Origin: an uncultured Gammaproteobacteria bacterium
Lineage (GTDB): Bacteria > Patescibacteriota > Patescibacteriia > JAHIZJ01
Length of the DNA: 64,000 nt
Assembly: GCA_964371245.1 (NCBI GenBank)
Contig: CAYJKP010000002.1
Span: forward strand, 102,960-166,959
Direction: 5' to 3'
Shown here: positions 1-9,069 of the stretch, piece after piece
Position numbering within the stretch: the first letter of the stretch is position 1
How the letters are laid out: every line of letters starts with the position of its first letter
The notes under the pieces: model-generated
What the model was told of the DNA's origin: nothing
The model's input: only the letters and a program-made list of their open reading frames with translations
Database searches by the model: none
Translations under genes and position numbers: made by a program

Positions 1-25
1 GGTTCGACTCCCTCCTCCGGCACCA
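1..25 (+). tRNA. 3' end of a tRNA, truncated by the window edge; probably tRNA-Leu
   Basis: T-arm GGTTCGACTCC, acceptor strand CTCCGGC, discriminator A, then CCA. The anticodon is outside the window, so Leu is a guess from the acceptor stem. Confidence 0.75.
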
Positions 26-62
26 GCTGGCCTGGACAAAAATACAGAAATATCTGGAATAT

Positions 63-93
63 AAAAAAACCGGACGCGTGTCCGTGTTTTTTT
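63..93. terminator. Bidirectional intrinsic terminator
   Basis: A7-C-CGGAC-gcgt-GTCCG-tg-T7 between the convergent tRNA and ABC transporter gene. Confidence 0.7.
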
Positions 94-99
94 GATTCC

Positions 100-1848
100 T
101 TATGCTTCTGAAGCGGCGCTTTGTTGTCGCCAGAGGGCTGCGTACAGTCCGCCTCCGCGCAGCAACGTCTGATGGTTTCCCTGTTCAATAATTTTTCCTT
201 TTTCCAGGACATAAATCCGGTCCGCCCCTGCAATTGTTGAGAGCCGATGCGCGACGAGCACGGTAATAAGGTTTGGCCGCGTCGCCACCACCTGATCAAT
301 CGTTTCGGTGATCGCCTGCTCGGTGATCGAATCGAGGCTGCTGGTCGCTTCATCAAAAATTATCAGGTCGGGATTACGCAGGAGCGACCGGGCAATCGCC
401 AGCCGCTGTTTTTCGCCGCCGGATATTTTAATCCCGCCTTCGCCGATTTTCGTATCCAGCCCCAGTCCCCCGCGCTCAAGCAACGAGCTCGCGGCCGCGG
501 CTGCCAGCACCTGCCGGCATTCGTCGTCTGACGCGTGAGGATTGACGAAAAGCAAGTTTTCACGGATTGTGCCGGCAAAGAGCTGCGTATCTTGTGAGAC
601 AAGACCGATCTTTCGACGGTATGCCTCGAGATCAATATTGTTGAGGCGGGTGTTATTCACACGGACACTGCCGATCTGAGCCCCGTACAAACCGACGATG
701 AGCTTCATGATCGTTGTCTTACCTGAACCCGACGGCCCGACAAAGGCGACTTTTTCGCCTGCTTGGACGCGGAAGTTTATATCGGAGATGGCCGGCTGAC
801 TGGCGCTCTGATGCTGGTAGCACACGTGCTCGAACTCTATTGTTTGCAGCGGCCCGAGCGTTACTGCCTGAGCCGGTCTCGGCTCGGGTTTCATTATGAG
901 GACGGCCTCGAGAATTTCCACGCTCGCGCGCGCCTCTTGATATTGCGTCGCGACTTGGCCGAAATCGGCCAAGGGCGTAAAAATAAAGAAGGAATAGATA
1001 AACAAGCTGAACAGTTGGCCGATCGTGATTTTACCGTCAAACAATAGCCAGAGCATGAGGAGCAACAACGCTGAGCGCAGGGTGTTTACGAGCGTCCCCT
1101 GAATGAAACTTAATCGTCGAATCAAACGTATTTTTCGAAGCTCGAGACCGAGTATTTTTTCGTTAACTGCATTGAGCCGTTTAATTTCCTGCTCATCCAA
1201 GCCGAGACTCTTCACCAACTCAACATTCCGGATCGTCTCAGTGGTTGAACCGGCCAGGTCGGCTGTTTCGCGCACAACATTCTGCTGGGCCTGTTTCACG
1301 CTGCGGCTGATGAGATAGGTAACGCCGGAGATAATCGGGATAACAAGGAAAAAAAGAAGTCCAATCGTCCAGTGGACAATGGTTGCATAGATCAAAACAA
1401 AGACAACGCCGACGGCCGCGAAAAAGACTGTGCTGATGAGACTGGTAATCAGCGTCTGAGTATCGGTCCGGGCCTTCTGTAATTTTTGGAGGAGTTCACC
1501 GGAGCGCTGGTCTTCAAAAACGGAATACGGCAACGAGAGCGCGTGCTCAACGCTGGTGGCATACAGCCGCGTGCCGAGCCGTTGGGTGATAACGTTGGTG
1601 TAATAATCCTGGAAATTCTTCGCCACTCGAGAAACGAACGCCACTCCCATAGAGGCTAGCAGCCAAACGATAATGCCGCGGAAAAATTGACCGGCCGTAA
1701 AATGGCCGACCTGCTGGGCAAATCGGTCGATAATAATCCGGAAAATTTGCGGATCCAACAACGAAAAAACTTGGTTAACCGTGGCCAGGGCCAACGCTAA
1801 AACAAGTGTTTTCTTATACCGGCTGAGATATTTCCAAATAAACTTCAT
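100..1848 (-). CDS. ABC exporter, fused permease and ATPase (MsbA/MdlB-like)
   Basis: N-terminal TM helices; Walker A GPSGSGKT; signature ISGGEKQR; Walker B IIFDEATSSLD; H-loop AHRLST. Confidence 0.95.
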   Translation of the reverse strand: MKFIWKYLSRYKKTLVLALALATVNQVFSLLDPQIFRIIIDRFAQQVGHFTAGQFFRGIIVWLLASMGVAFVSRVAKNFQDYYTNVITQRLGTRLYATSVEHALSLPYSVFEDQRSGELLQKLQKARTDTQTLITSLISTVFFAAVGVVFVLIYATIVHWTIGLLFFLVIPIISGVTYLISRSVKQAQQNVVRETADLAGSTTETIRNVELVKSLGLDEQEIKRLNAVNEKILGLELRKIRLIRRLSFIQGTLVNTLRSALLLLMLWLLFDGKITIGQLFSLFIYSFFIFTPLADFGQVATQYQEARASVEILEAVLIMKPEPRPAQAVTLGPLQTIEFEHVCYQHQSASQPAISDINFRVQAGEKVAFVGPSGSGKTTIMKLIVGLYGAQIGSVRVNNTRLNNIDLEAYRRKIGLVSQDTQLFAGTIRENLLFVNPHASDDECRQVLAAAAASSLLERGGLGLDTKIGEGGIKISGGEKQRLAIARSLLRNPDLIIFDEATSSLDSITEQAITETIDQVVATRPNLITVLVAHRLSTIAGADRIYVLEKGKIIEQGNHQTLLRGGGLYAALWRQQSAASEA

Positions 1849-1973
1849 GTTTTTTCGAGATAATAGTATGAAAGATTATACCATATTCCAGGCGCGCCTT
1901 CCAGGCAGCTTGATTCTTTTGCTGAATTAGTATAGTATACAAATGCACTAAACAGAGTGTTTTTTCGTAACGA

Positions 1974-2049
1974 CGCGGGGTGGAGCAGTTGGCAGCTCGC
2001 AAGGCTCATAACCTTGAGGTCGCCGGTTCGAGTCCGGCCCCCGCACCCA
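1974..2049 (+). tRNA. Initiator tRNA-fMet (CAT)
   Basis: CGCGGGG...CCCCGCA with C1:A72 mismatch, anticodon loop CTCATAA, T-arm GGTTCGAGTCC, CCA end. Confidence 0.92.
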
Positions 2050-2139
2050 AGCCTTTTATTTCCATATATATTTTCCATCACCGTGTTGACGAGAAGCGCC
2101 GCCGAAACACAACAGGAGTCGCCACTCGCAATCACGCGT

Positions 2140-2216
2140 GCCAGGGTAGCTCAGTTGGTTAGAGCGTGGGACTCATAAGCCCAAGGTCGAGGGTTCGAAC
2201 CCCTCCCCTGGTACCA
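2140..2216 (+). tRNA. tRNA with CAT anticodon (elongator Met or Ile2)
   Basis: GCCAGGG/CCCTGGT acceptor stem, D-arm AGCTCAGTTGGTTAGAGC, loop CTCATAA, GGTTCGAACCC, ACCA. Confidence 0.92.
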
Positions 2217-2240
2217 GGTACTATCATTAAATACTATATA

Positions 2241-2441
2241 ATGCTGAAAAAAGTCTTAACGATCGTTCTTGGTGTTATCGGCTTTTCGGCGATCGGCTAC
2301 GGTTTTTTTAAACCCGATATAAAAGGCAACGATCCAATATATTTTGCCTCGTTTGTCGCAATTGTCTTGGTTACACTCCTGCAAGCGTGGCCGGCAAGGA
2401 AGGTGGATAAAAAGAATAACGTCTCCTCGCAACTGCAATAA
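2241..2441 (+). CDS. Small two-TM membrane protein (66 aa)
   Basis: ATG at 2241 after the tRNA; two hydrophobic segments. Confidence 0.6.
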   Translation: MLKKVLTIVLGVIGFSAIGYGFFKPDIKGNDPIYFASFVAIVLVTLLQAWPARKVDKKNNVSSQLQ

Positions 2442-2477
2442 TACGACATTCTTCTTATTATCTGTTCACCCTAATAC

Positions 2478-3011
2478 ATGTTTCTTACTACTCACGCCGC
2501 CGCGGGCGTTCTGATTAGCCAGCGTTTTGAGTCGCCGGTGGTTGTTTTTTTTGTTTCAATCTTCATCCATTTTATCATGGACTTTATCCCCCACGGCGAT
2601 GAAATGCTCTACCAGGAGTGGGACGAGAAGAAGCGCCGTCGAGCAATTATACTGGGTCTCATCGACTTTATGCTGGTCGTGATCATGATTGGAGTGCTCT
2701 ACAAAACCACTGAACTACCGCGCTTTGCCTTGGTTTCGGCCGGTCTCGCTGGTTCGCTGCTGCCCGATCTCGTCTCCCATGTTTTTCCATGGATTCACCA
2801 AAAATTCCGTGAGGTCTTCATCTTCCGCTCGCTTGGCTTTTTAAAGAAGAAGATATTCCTACTCCATCCCCTCATGGAACGGCACAATATTCTACATGAC
2901 AAGTTTCATCAATTTTTCGACCAGTTCTTAGATTACCGGATCTCGCCGATTGCCGGTTTGGCGATCCAAGTGCTCATCGTCGCAGTGTTTTTAATCTCTG
3001 AATTTCGCTAA
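2478..3011 (+). CDS. Membrane metal-dependent hydrolase-like protein (YdjM-like)
   Basis: Motifs THAAAG, HFIMDFIPHGD, LLPD and C-terminal His cluster, with TM helices. Confidence 0.7.
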   Translation: MFLTTHAAAGVLISQRFESPVVVFFVSIFIHFIMDFIPHGDEMLYQEWDEKKRRRAIILGLIDFMLVVIMIGVLYKTTELPRFALVSAGLAGSLLPDLVSHVFPWIHQKFREVFIFRSLGFLKKKIFLLHPLMERHNILHDKFHQFFDQFLDYRISPIAGLAIQVLIVAVFLISEFR

Positions 3012-3012
3012 T

Positions 3013-3522
3013 ATGTTTCTCACCGTTCATGCTTCGGCCGCTCTGTTAATCGGCCAAACAATGCACCAGCCCGTCTGGTCGTTTTTTTGTGCGCTCGGCT
3101 CGCATTATCTGCTTGATATAATCCCGCATGGGGATGAAGGGATCGGTTGGTGGATACACGGCCGGCCGAAACGTATTTGGTGGATTGGCCTGGTCGATCT
3201 CAGTGTTGTTTTCCTGCTGGTTATAATGTTTCTTCATTTTCGATCAACCGCAAACGTCTGGCCGTTTGTCTGGGCACTCATCGGTGCGCTCTTGCCAGAT
3301 TTCCTCTCGGAAACAAATTATCAAATACGCCAGGCCAGGGCGCCCCTTCATCGATTCGCCCATATGATCAACAAAATCCCTTTCTTTGACCGTTTCTTAT
3401 ATATACATAATTACTTTCATCATCGGCTTCATTGGCTGATTAAACGGCATCTTCCCTGGCGTCCGGGCCTATTTTTCCAATTCCTCTTGGCCGGTGCATT
3501 TTTTGGATTGGCGTTATTATAA
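3013..3522 (+). CDS. Paralogous membrane metal-dependent hydrolase-like protein
   Basis: MFLTVHA, HYLLDIIPHGD, LLPD, HNYFHH; same motif layout as the preceding gene. Confidence 0.7.
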   Translation: MFLTVHASAALLIGQTMHQPVWSFFCALGSHYLLDIIPHGDEGIGWWIHGRPKRIWWIGLVDLSVVFLLVIMFLHFRSTANVWPFVWALIGALLPDFLSETNYQIRQARAPLHRFAHMINKIPFFDRFLYIHNYFHHRLHWLIKRHLPWRPGLFFQFLLAGAFFGLALL

Positions 3523-3556
3523 AAAAAGAGGGGCAAGTTCCGAAGAACCCACCCCC
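3521..3556 (-). terminator. Intrinsic terminator with UUCG tetraloop
   Basis: Minus strand GGGGTGGGTTC-TTCG-GAACTTGCCCC-TC-T7 immediately after the 3560 stop. Confidence 0.75.
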
Positions 3557-3559
3557 GTA

Positions 3560-4924
3560 CTACATACCTGCGAGGACCGGCTCGTTCATCACGTGAACGA
3601 TGACACTTGCCGTTCCCCGATTGTCGAAATAGCAGCTGGTACCATCCGTGTCGGGCTGATAGCGATTATCACCCTGGCGGACGGTATCATTGATATCGAG
3701 CCACAGATACCCCTTGGCGTTGACCTGGACGTAGCCGACCAAGTCATCGCCCGGCGGAAAGGCTGGATACCAGTTGTCGCCGCGATCGCCGATCCGATAG
3801 ATCACCGATCCGGCCGGCGCCTCGAGGGTGTAGAACCATCTCGGCGCCCGGAAGATCCGAGGATAGGCCAGCTGTCCCTGATGGACGCAGCCTCGGACCG
3901 TGGCCGTGTAGATCTTCGTCGTGCCAGGGGTCACCTCCCGCAGCCACTCGTACTGCGTGGTGTCTGCTTCCTCGAAGGCGAGGTACTGGCCAGGGTTGAG
4001 CATGATCGGGATCGGGTGCGGTCCAGGGCTTCGCGTGTCAAACGTGACCTGATACCGCGTGTCGTCGATCTTCTGCGTCAGCGGCGGCGCGATGACTGAC
4101 CCGAGCGCTTGCCCGTAGAACCCAGTGACTGGCTTATGGGTCAGTGACGGGAAGCCGACCTTGACAAGGCCGGCGCCGCTCAAACCCAGCAGGGCCAGTG
4201 CGAGCATCATCGCGGGAACCAGTCGCGTCGCCCGGTTCATGCCCATGGCGACCAGCGAAAGGATGAAGCCAAGCAAGACCATCTGGGAAGCGCTCTCGAA
4301 GCCGAGCCAACCGCTGACCGTGTGGAACAGGATCTTCAGATACAGCGGCATGCTCGCGGTCAGTGGCGGGATCAAGACGGTACAGGCGAAGAAGATGACG
4401 GCCATTTGAATGATAGCCAGTCCCTCCTTTCCGCCCGGCAGGCTCGTCACCTTCCGCTTGATCATATACCGCGTGATCAGCCAGGCCATCATGAGCGTGA
4501 GCAGCGGAATCGCGAACTGCATGGACCTGTAGATGTTCCAGGCGGTGTCGGGGTTGAACCAGGGGTAGACTCTCTTGATCGCGGCGACGGCCGACTGGTA
4601 CTGTTCCGCCTGGCGCTGGAGCGCGGCGCCGACGTTCTCGGTCACCGGGTGGGTCTTGACGTAGACGATCTTGGCCCAGAGGGGCTGGTTGTCCACATCG
4701 ATGACCGACTGGTACTTCACATACCCGGGGATCGTGCAAACCGCGATGACGATGACGAAGAGCGGAACCACTACCCTGGTCAGCTTCGAGAAGAAGTAGT
4801 CGCCGAGCCCGACGTGCACCGGTTCGCCCGCGGTTGCCCTGGCTTTTCGTTTCTTGACCTCGACAATACTGAAGACCACCGTCAGAACATAGACGATGAT
4901 CAGGAGCCACCAGAACCATGACAT
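3560..4924 (-). CDS. Multi-TM membrane protein with C-terminal LecA/PA-IL-like beta domain
   Basis: GGAGG SD; several TM helices; C-terminal 'GSVIYRIG...GYLWLDIND...YFDNRG' resembles the PA-IL lectin-type ND...DNxG motif. Confidence 0.6.
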   Translation of the reverse strand: MSWFWWLLIIVYVLTVVFSIVEVKKRKARATAGEPVHVGLGDYFFSKLTRVVVPLFVIVIAVCTIPGYVKYQSVIDVDNQPLWAKIVYVKTHPVTENVGAALQRQAEQYQSAVAAIKRVYPWFNPDTAWNIYRSMQFAIPLLTLMMAWLITRYMIKRKVTSLPGGKEGLAIIQMAVIFFACTVLIPPLTASMPLYLKILFHTVSGWLGFESASQMVLLGFILSLVAMGMNRATRLVPAMMLALALLGLSGAGLVKVGFPSLTHKPVTGFYGQALGSVIAPPLTQKIDDTRYQVTFDTRSPGPHPIPIMLNPGQYLAFEEADTTQYEWLREVTPGTTKIYTATVRGCVHQGQLAYPRIFRAPRWFYTLEAPAGSVIYRIGDRGDNWYPAFPPGDDLVGYVQVNAKGYLWLDINDTVRQGDNRYQPDTDGTSCYFDNRGTASVIVHVMNEPVLAGM

Positions 4925-4984
4925 ATCGTGTACCTCCGTTGAGTACGGAAGGGGCTACCCGGTTACGAGCAGCCCCGACCAGTT

Positions 4985-6880
4985 CTACTTGCTTGCCGGA
5001 GGAGGCGGGCCTGAACCTTTCGATTCATCCTTGCCTCCCTTTTCCTTTTCTTCCTTACCCTTGTCGCCACCGCCGCCCTTGCCCTTTCGTCCGATCAGTT
5101 CGGCCGTCAGAGCGCTGTTCACTTCCTGACCGCCACCAATGATGACGACGGCGCCGGGCGGCAGATGTGTCAGTGTGTCCTGTTGAACCAGTGCGGCAGC
5201 GAGATCACCTTGACCGAGATAGGCCTTGCCGCGTTTGTCGATGGCTGCTGCCTCGGCATCGGCCTTGATCCGTAGCGCCTTGCCTCTCTTGTCGGCTTCG
5301 TATTCGATACGTAACAGTTCCGCGTCCTTCTCATCGGACGGATTGACGTCCGTGATCGCCATGTCGGTGATCACGAACCCAAACCTCCGCAAGGAACGCA
5401 GCGCCTGGAGAACGCCCGCTTCGGCCGGCTTGAAGTTGACCCTGTCGCTATCCGGCTCCATCTCGAGTGTTACCGGTTCGCCCTTGGCACAGCGCGACAC
5501 CGTTGTTGAGAGCTTGTCCTTGTTGCCGTAGGCGGCGGTGAACGACAGTTTCCGGATCAACGACCGCATGAAATCGAGCAGGATCTGGACGACGGCGTGT
5601 TCCCAGTCGTCGACCTCATAGATCGCCCGATAGGGGTTGCGGATCCGGCCGAAAACGACAAAGCTGATAGACACAGCCGGCCCGCTCAGGGTTTCCGCTT
5701 TCGGAATGGTGATCTGGATGCGGATTTGCCCAAGCGAGAGGTCGGGTCGGAGTTTCCGTTCCTGGCACACGGGATGGCCCCTGGCATCGCTTGTCCAGAC
5801 CCCAGGCTCCCGAATCGGGCGGATGACGTCAAATCCGGGGATGCCAATCACCTGAACGCCACCAAGCAGTTTCGCCCGCGGCTTTTCAAACGTCGGACAA
5901 TCTTCGATCGCCCAACGAATGTGATGCGCCGGCAGACGAAGCTCAGGCGAGAACGCAGTTTCATCTTGAAGTTCGTCGAGCGTGATAATATCGTGTTGGT
6001 CGAACAGCTCGGTCCAGCCCCCAACCATCTCAAACGCAGCCAATACCTCGAGAACCTTGTGTCGAGGCTGGGTCAGTGCCCAAGTCCAGAAACTCTCGGC
6101 CAGTGCGCGTGCGCGCTCCATGTCGATCGGATCGGAGTCGGGCTTGTCTGTCAGCCAGTTGTCGACCAAAGCCTTGTCTTTCATCGCCCGCTTCAGCCGC
6201 TCGGACAGCCACGATTTTGAGCGCACCTCGTCAGGCGGTTTGTTACGTTTTGGCTGCGCCAGAACGAGGCTGAGAAGAAACATCAGGCCGTTCAGTTTGG
6301 CTGCCGCGTCGGACGTGACGTGGGTGCGGTTGCGGTACGCCCAGAGGATCCAGCGGAAGCGTTTCTCCCGCTCGACCACCCTGAACGTCGCTTCGTAGAC
6401 AGTGGTGAGCCCGTAGTCCGCCTTCACCATCGAATCGATCGCGCCCACGAGGAGCACGAAATAGATGATGATGGCGACGATCTCCGGAACGACGTGACCC
6501 CTGGCAGCGATCAGAATGGCTGTGATCACAACGACCGACATGAACAGAATGACCGACCAGTATGTCTTGCCCGGCCCGCTCACCGTCAGGTTGTTCTTGT
6601 AAAACAGCCCCAGTGCCTCCAGCCAGCCGACCGGGCGGCTGAGTTTCTGTCTCTGTTTGCGTCGATACCACCACCACCAGCCTCCGAAGAGGCCAGCGAG
6701 GATACCGACCACGAGCAGGGTCACGACCAGCTGCGTCAAACCGTGAGTAACGGTAGCCGCAGCAGACCGCAGGCCAACGAGTCTCAAAACAGCCAGTATC
6801 AGCACAATGGCCACGGCTGCAATGAACAGCGGATAGACAACCCGCAACACGCTCTGCCACCGAAACGTACGTCCGAACAT
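4985..6880 (-). CDS. Membrane protein with C-terminal SPFH (band 7)-like domain
   Basis: GGAGG SD; N-terminal TMs; 'AETLSG..VSISFVV..RIRNPYRAIYEVDDW', 'FGFVITDMAITDVNP', 'KADAEAAAI'. Confidence 0.65.
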   Translation of the reverse strand: MFGRTFRWQSVLRVVYPLFIAAVAIVLILAVLRLVGLRSAAATVTHGLTQLVVTLLVVGILAGLFGGWWWWYRRKQRQKLSRPVGWLEALGLFYKNNLTVSGPGKTYWSVILFMSVVVITAILIAARGHVVPEIVAIIIYFVLLVGAIDSMVKADYGLTTVYEATFRVVEREKRFRWILWAYRNRTHVTSDAAAKLNGLMFLLSLVLAQPKRNKPPDEVRSKSWLSERLKRAMKDKALVDNWLTDKPDSDPIDMERARALAESFWTWALTQPRHKVLEVLAAFEMVGGWTELFDQHDIITLDELQDETAFSPELRLPAHHIRWAIEDCPTFEKPRAKLLGGVQVIGIPGFDVIRPIREPGVWTSDARGHPVCQERKLRPDLSLGQIRIQITIPKAETLSGPAVSISFVVFGRIRNPYRAIYEVDDWEHAVVQILLDFMRSLIRKLSFTAAYGNKDKLSTTVSRCAKGEPVTLEMEPDSDRVNFKPAEAGVLQALRSLRRFGFVITDMAITDVNPSDEKDAELLRIEYEADKRGKALRIKADAEAAAIDKRGKAYLGQGDLAAALVQQDTLTHLPPGAVVIIGGGQEVNSALTAELIGRKGKGGGGDKGKEEKEKGGKDESKGSGPPPPASK

Positions 6881-7031
6881 TGAGACACCTCCGTTTCATC
6901 CGTTTCAGGCTTTCGCCTCTATACCGTTTGGATACCCTGTATTTCCAAGCTTACCCGCTGATTACCGCTAGGTTAAGCGTTACTAAACTGAAGTCCGTAG
7001 ATAACATGTCAAACAGCGAGTCTGACCCGCG

Positions 7032-7060
7032 ATAGTAGCAAATTGTTTTCGTTTTGTCAA
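7032..7060 (-). promoter_or_regulatory. Sigma70 promoter for the SPFH/lectin operon
   Basis: TTGACA-17 nt (ending TGC)-TACTAT. Confidence 0.65.
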
Positions 7061-7110
7061 GGTCTTTGGAAAACAAAAAATCGCCAAACTGGGACACGAG
7101 GCGATATGTC

Positions 7111-7890
7111 TTAGACCTTATTGGATTGCGGAGGTCTGACCAGAAAAATAACCAAAAGACCGCAGATTATCGTACCAATCGAAAACCACTGGCTCGGATG
7201 CAGGTTGAAATATGTCAGCGGGTCAGACCCAATCAGGTCGGTCGCCCGCCAAAAATCGGCGACGAAGCGGAAAATTCCATAGAGGATAAAAAACAGTCCG
7301 CTCAACCAGCCGGGCCGGTCCGCAATAAATGGCGCCTTGCGTAATCGCCAAAAAATCATAAACACAACTAGCCCAAAAATAATTTCGTAAAAAGCCATGT
7401 CGTGCCGGATCGTCCCATCGATTAATTTTACTCCCCACGGCACCGTGGTTAGCTTCCCGAGATGGTCGTGGACGAAAAAACAGCCGAGCCGGCCCACAGC
7501 CAGGCCGAGCGGCAGCGAAAAGATGATTGTATCGGCATGCTCCCAGAACGGACGCTTCTTTACCCTTAAATAGAGCCAGCCAGCAAAAACGGCACCGGCT
7601 AAACCGCCATAGATGCCAAGTCCGCCCTCCCAGAGCTTAACAATATCGAGCGGCTGGTTTTGAAATTGCGACCATTCGTTCAAGACATAAAAAATCCGGG
7701 CGCCAACAAAAGCCGACACGATAATCACAATCGCTAAATCAAGTATTGTCGATACGGATTGGTTTTTCCGCTTCGCCTCGGACATACTTACTAGGACGCC
7801 GACCAATAAGCCGGCCGCCACCAATAAACCCCAAACATTTATGGATATTGGGCCGAGGCTGAAAGAATCTATTTCAAAATATGGAATCAT
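7111..7890 (-). CDS. lgt: Prolipoprotein diacylglyceryl transferase
   Basis: GARIFYV, WEGGLGIYGG, GRLGCF, RH...YE, YGIFRF; ATG at 7890 preferred over the TTG at 7944. Confidence 0.93.
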   Translation of the reverse strand: MIPYFEIDSFSLGPISINVWGLLVAAGLLVGVLVSMSEAKRKNQSVSTILDLAIVIIVSAFVGARIFYVLNEWSQFQNQPLDIVKLWEGGLGIYGGLAGAVFAGWLYLRVKKRPFWEHADTIIFSLPLGLAVGRLGCFFVHDHLGKLTTVPWGVKLIDGTIRHDMAFYEIIFGLVVFMIFWRLRKAPFIADRPGWLSGLFFILYGIFRFVADFWRATDLIGSDPLTYFNLHPSQWFSIGTIICGLLVIFLVRPPQSNKV

Positions 7891-7960
7891 AGGAACATCG
7901 AATAAATAAAAAAACGCGTTGTCAGCGTCTTTTCTTTTCTTCAACTACCCCGAACACATG

Positions 7961-8131
7961 CTACCCGTGAGCTTTCAGAAAAATATGGAGATGCTCTTTT
8001 TCCATAATCGCCCCGCACTTGCAGCGCTTCGGCTCATCCGCGCTCGCCCAGCACCAGGGACAAACGTACCGCTCGCGTGAGAGCAAGCGGGCTTTGGTCG
8101 GTTGTCGGCGATAGGAAACTTTTACTTTCAT
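7961..8131 (-). CDS. Small Cys-rich metal-binding protein (56 aa), below the ORF-track cutoff
   Basis: MKVKVSYRRQPTKARLLSRERYVCPWCWASADEPKRCKCGAIMEKEHLHIFLKAHG; YxCPxC..DEP..CxCG pattern; fills the gap between dsbA and lgt on the same strand. Confidence 0.6.
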   Translation of the reverse strand: MKVKVSYRRQPTKARLLSRERYVCPWCWASADEPKRCKCGAIMEKEHLHIFLKAHG

Positions 8132-8245
8132 ACTGCCATCAATACTACAATCTCCTAGAAATGCTGGAAGTTGATGGACTGTTGAAAAGACGTAAAAACT
8201 GTGTATGAAACTGTTGAAAAGATCGTTCTTTTGGCCAATGACAGC

Positions 8246-9019
8246 TTAATTCAGCGTCGCCGTGTTTGTTTCGGTGAGATCGAGGTTTGCCGGATTTAGC
8301 TCTGGAATAAACTGGTCGAGAAGATCATAGAAATCTTGCTTGCTCAACGCACCCTCAATCCGATACCCATTAATAAACATTGTCGGCGTTCCCTGGACAT
8401 GAGCAGCCAATCCTTCTTGGTAATCTGTTTTTACCTGCTCGGCATATTTTTGGCCCTCAAGACAACCAGTAAACGTGGTGACGTTTAGTCCAGTTCCTTG
8501 GGCTAGGGTGATGAGACTCGCTTGATCATTCGCCTCCGGCTGCAACCAGTACCGATCGTGAAAAAGCCAAAACTTCCCTTGCTCGTGGGCGCATTTGCCC
8601 GCTTCCGCCAGTCGAACAGAGGTAGCGTCAGTTTGATCGACGAAATCCCGATAGATCAACCGTACACTCGTTCCGTATTCAGAGGCTATCTCGCGAACAA
8701 TTTGGCCGGTTGCCTGACACTCCGCGCAGGCAAAATCCGAGAACTCTACAATGACAACCAGGGGGTTTATTTCACCGATGGCCGGACGATCAGCTGCCTC
8801 AACCTCCCGGTGCCGATCGAGTGACAGTCGGTCCACCGCCGAAACTGTTTGCGATTGACGCGCGTCGGCTGGCGTTTTCGTATTAAATAAATGATTCGAC
8901 CAGAGGATGACGCCAAGACCGAGCAGGGACAATCCAATGACGAGCAACAACAACCCCCACCGACGGAATTGCCGTGATGAGGGTTTATTGATTTGACGTG
9001 TATTCGTTTGCTCGGCCAT
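8246..9019 (-). CDS. DsbA-family thiol-disulfide oxidoreductase (CAEC)
   Basis: N-terminal TM; EFSDFACAEC; cis-Pro motif GTPTMFING. Confidence 0.88.
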   Translation of the reverse strand: MAEQTNTRQINKPSSRQFRRWGLLLLVIGLSLLGLGVILWSNHLFNTKTPADARQSQTVSAVDRLSLDRHREVEAADRPAIGEINPLVVIVEFSDFACAECQATGQIVREIASEYGTSVRLIYRDFVDQTDATSVRLAEAGKCAHEQGKFWLFHDRYWLQPEANDQASLITLAQGTGLNVTTFTGCLEGQKYAEQVKTDYQEGLAAHVQGTPTMFINGYRIEGALSKQDFYDLLDQFIPELNPANLDLTETNTATLN

Positions 9020-9069
9020 GCGAAACCTCCCTTTAACCGACTGTCTTCGCTCGGTTCTCGCGTCCGAGA

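Noticed and set aside
1845-2240. ORFs overlapping the two tRNAs
   Set aside because: They are translations of tRNA sequence; only the ATG at 2241 gives a plausible protein.
3494-6899. Long alternative-frame and antisense ORFs (for example 4134-4919, 3494-4099, 6243-6899)
   Set aside because: Expected shadows of GC-rich coding sequence; Arg/Pro-rich with no motifs or SD.
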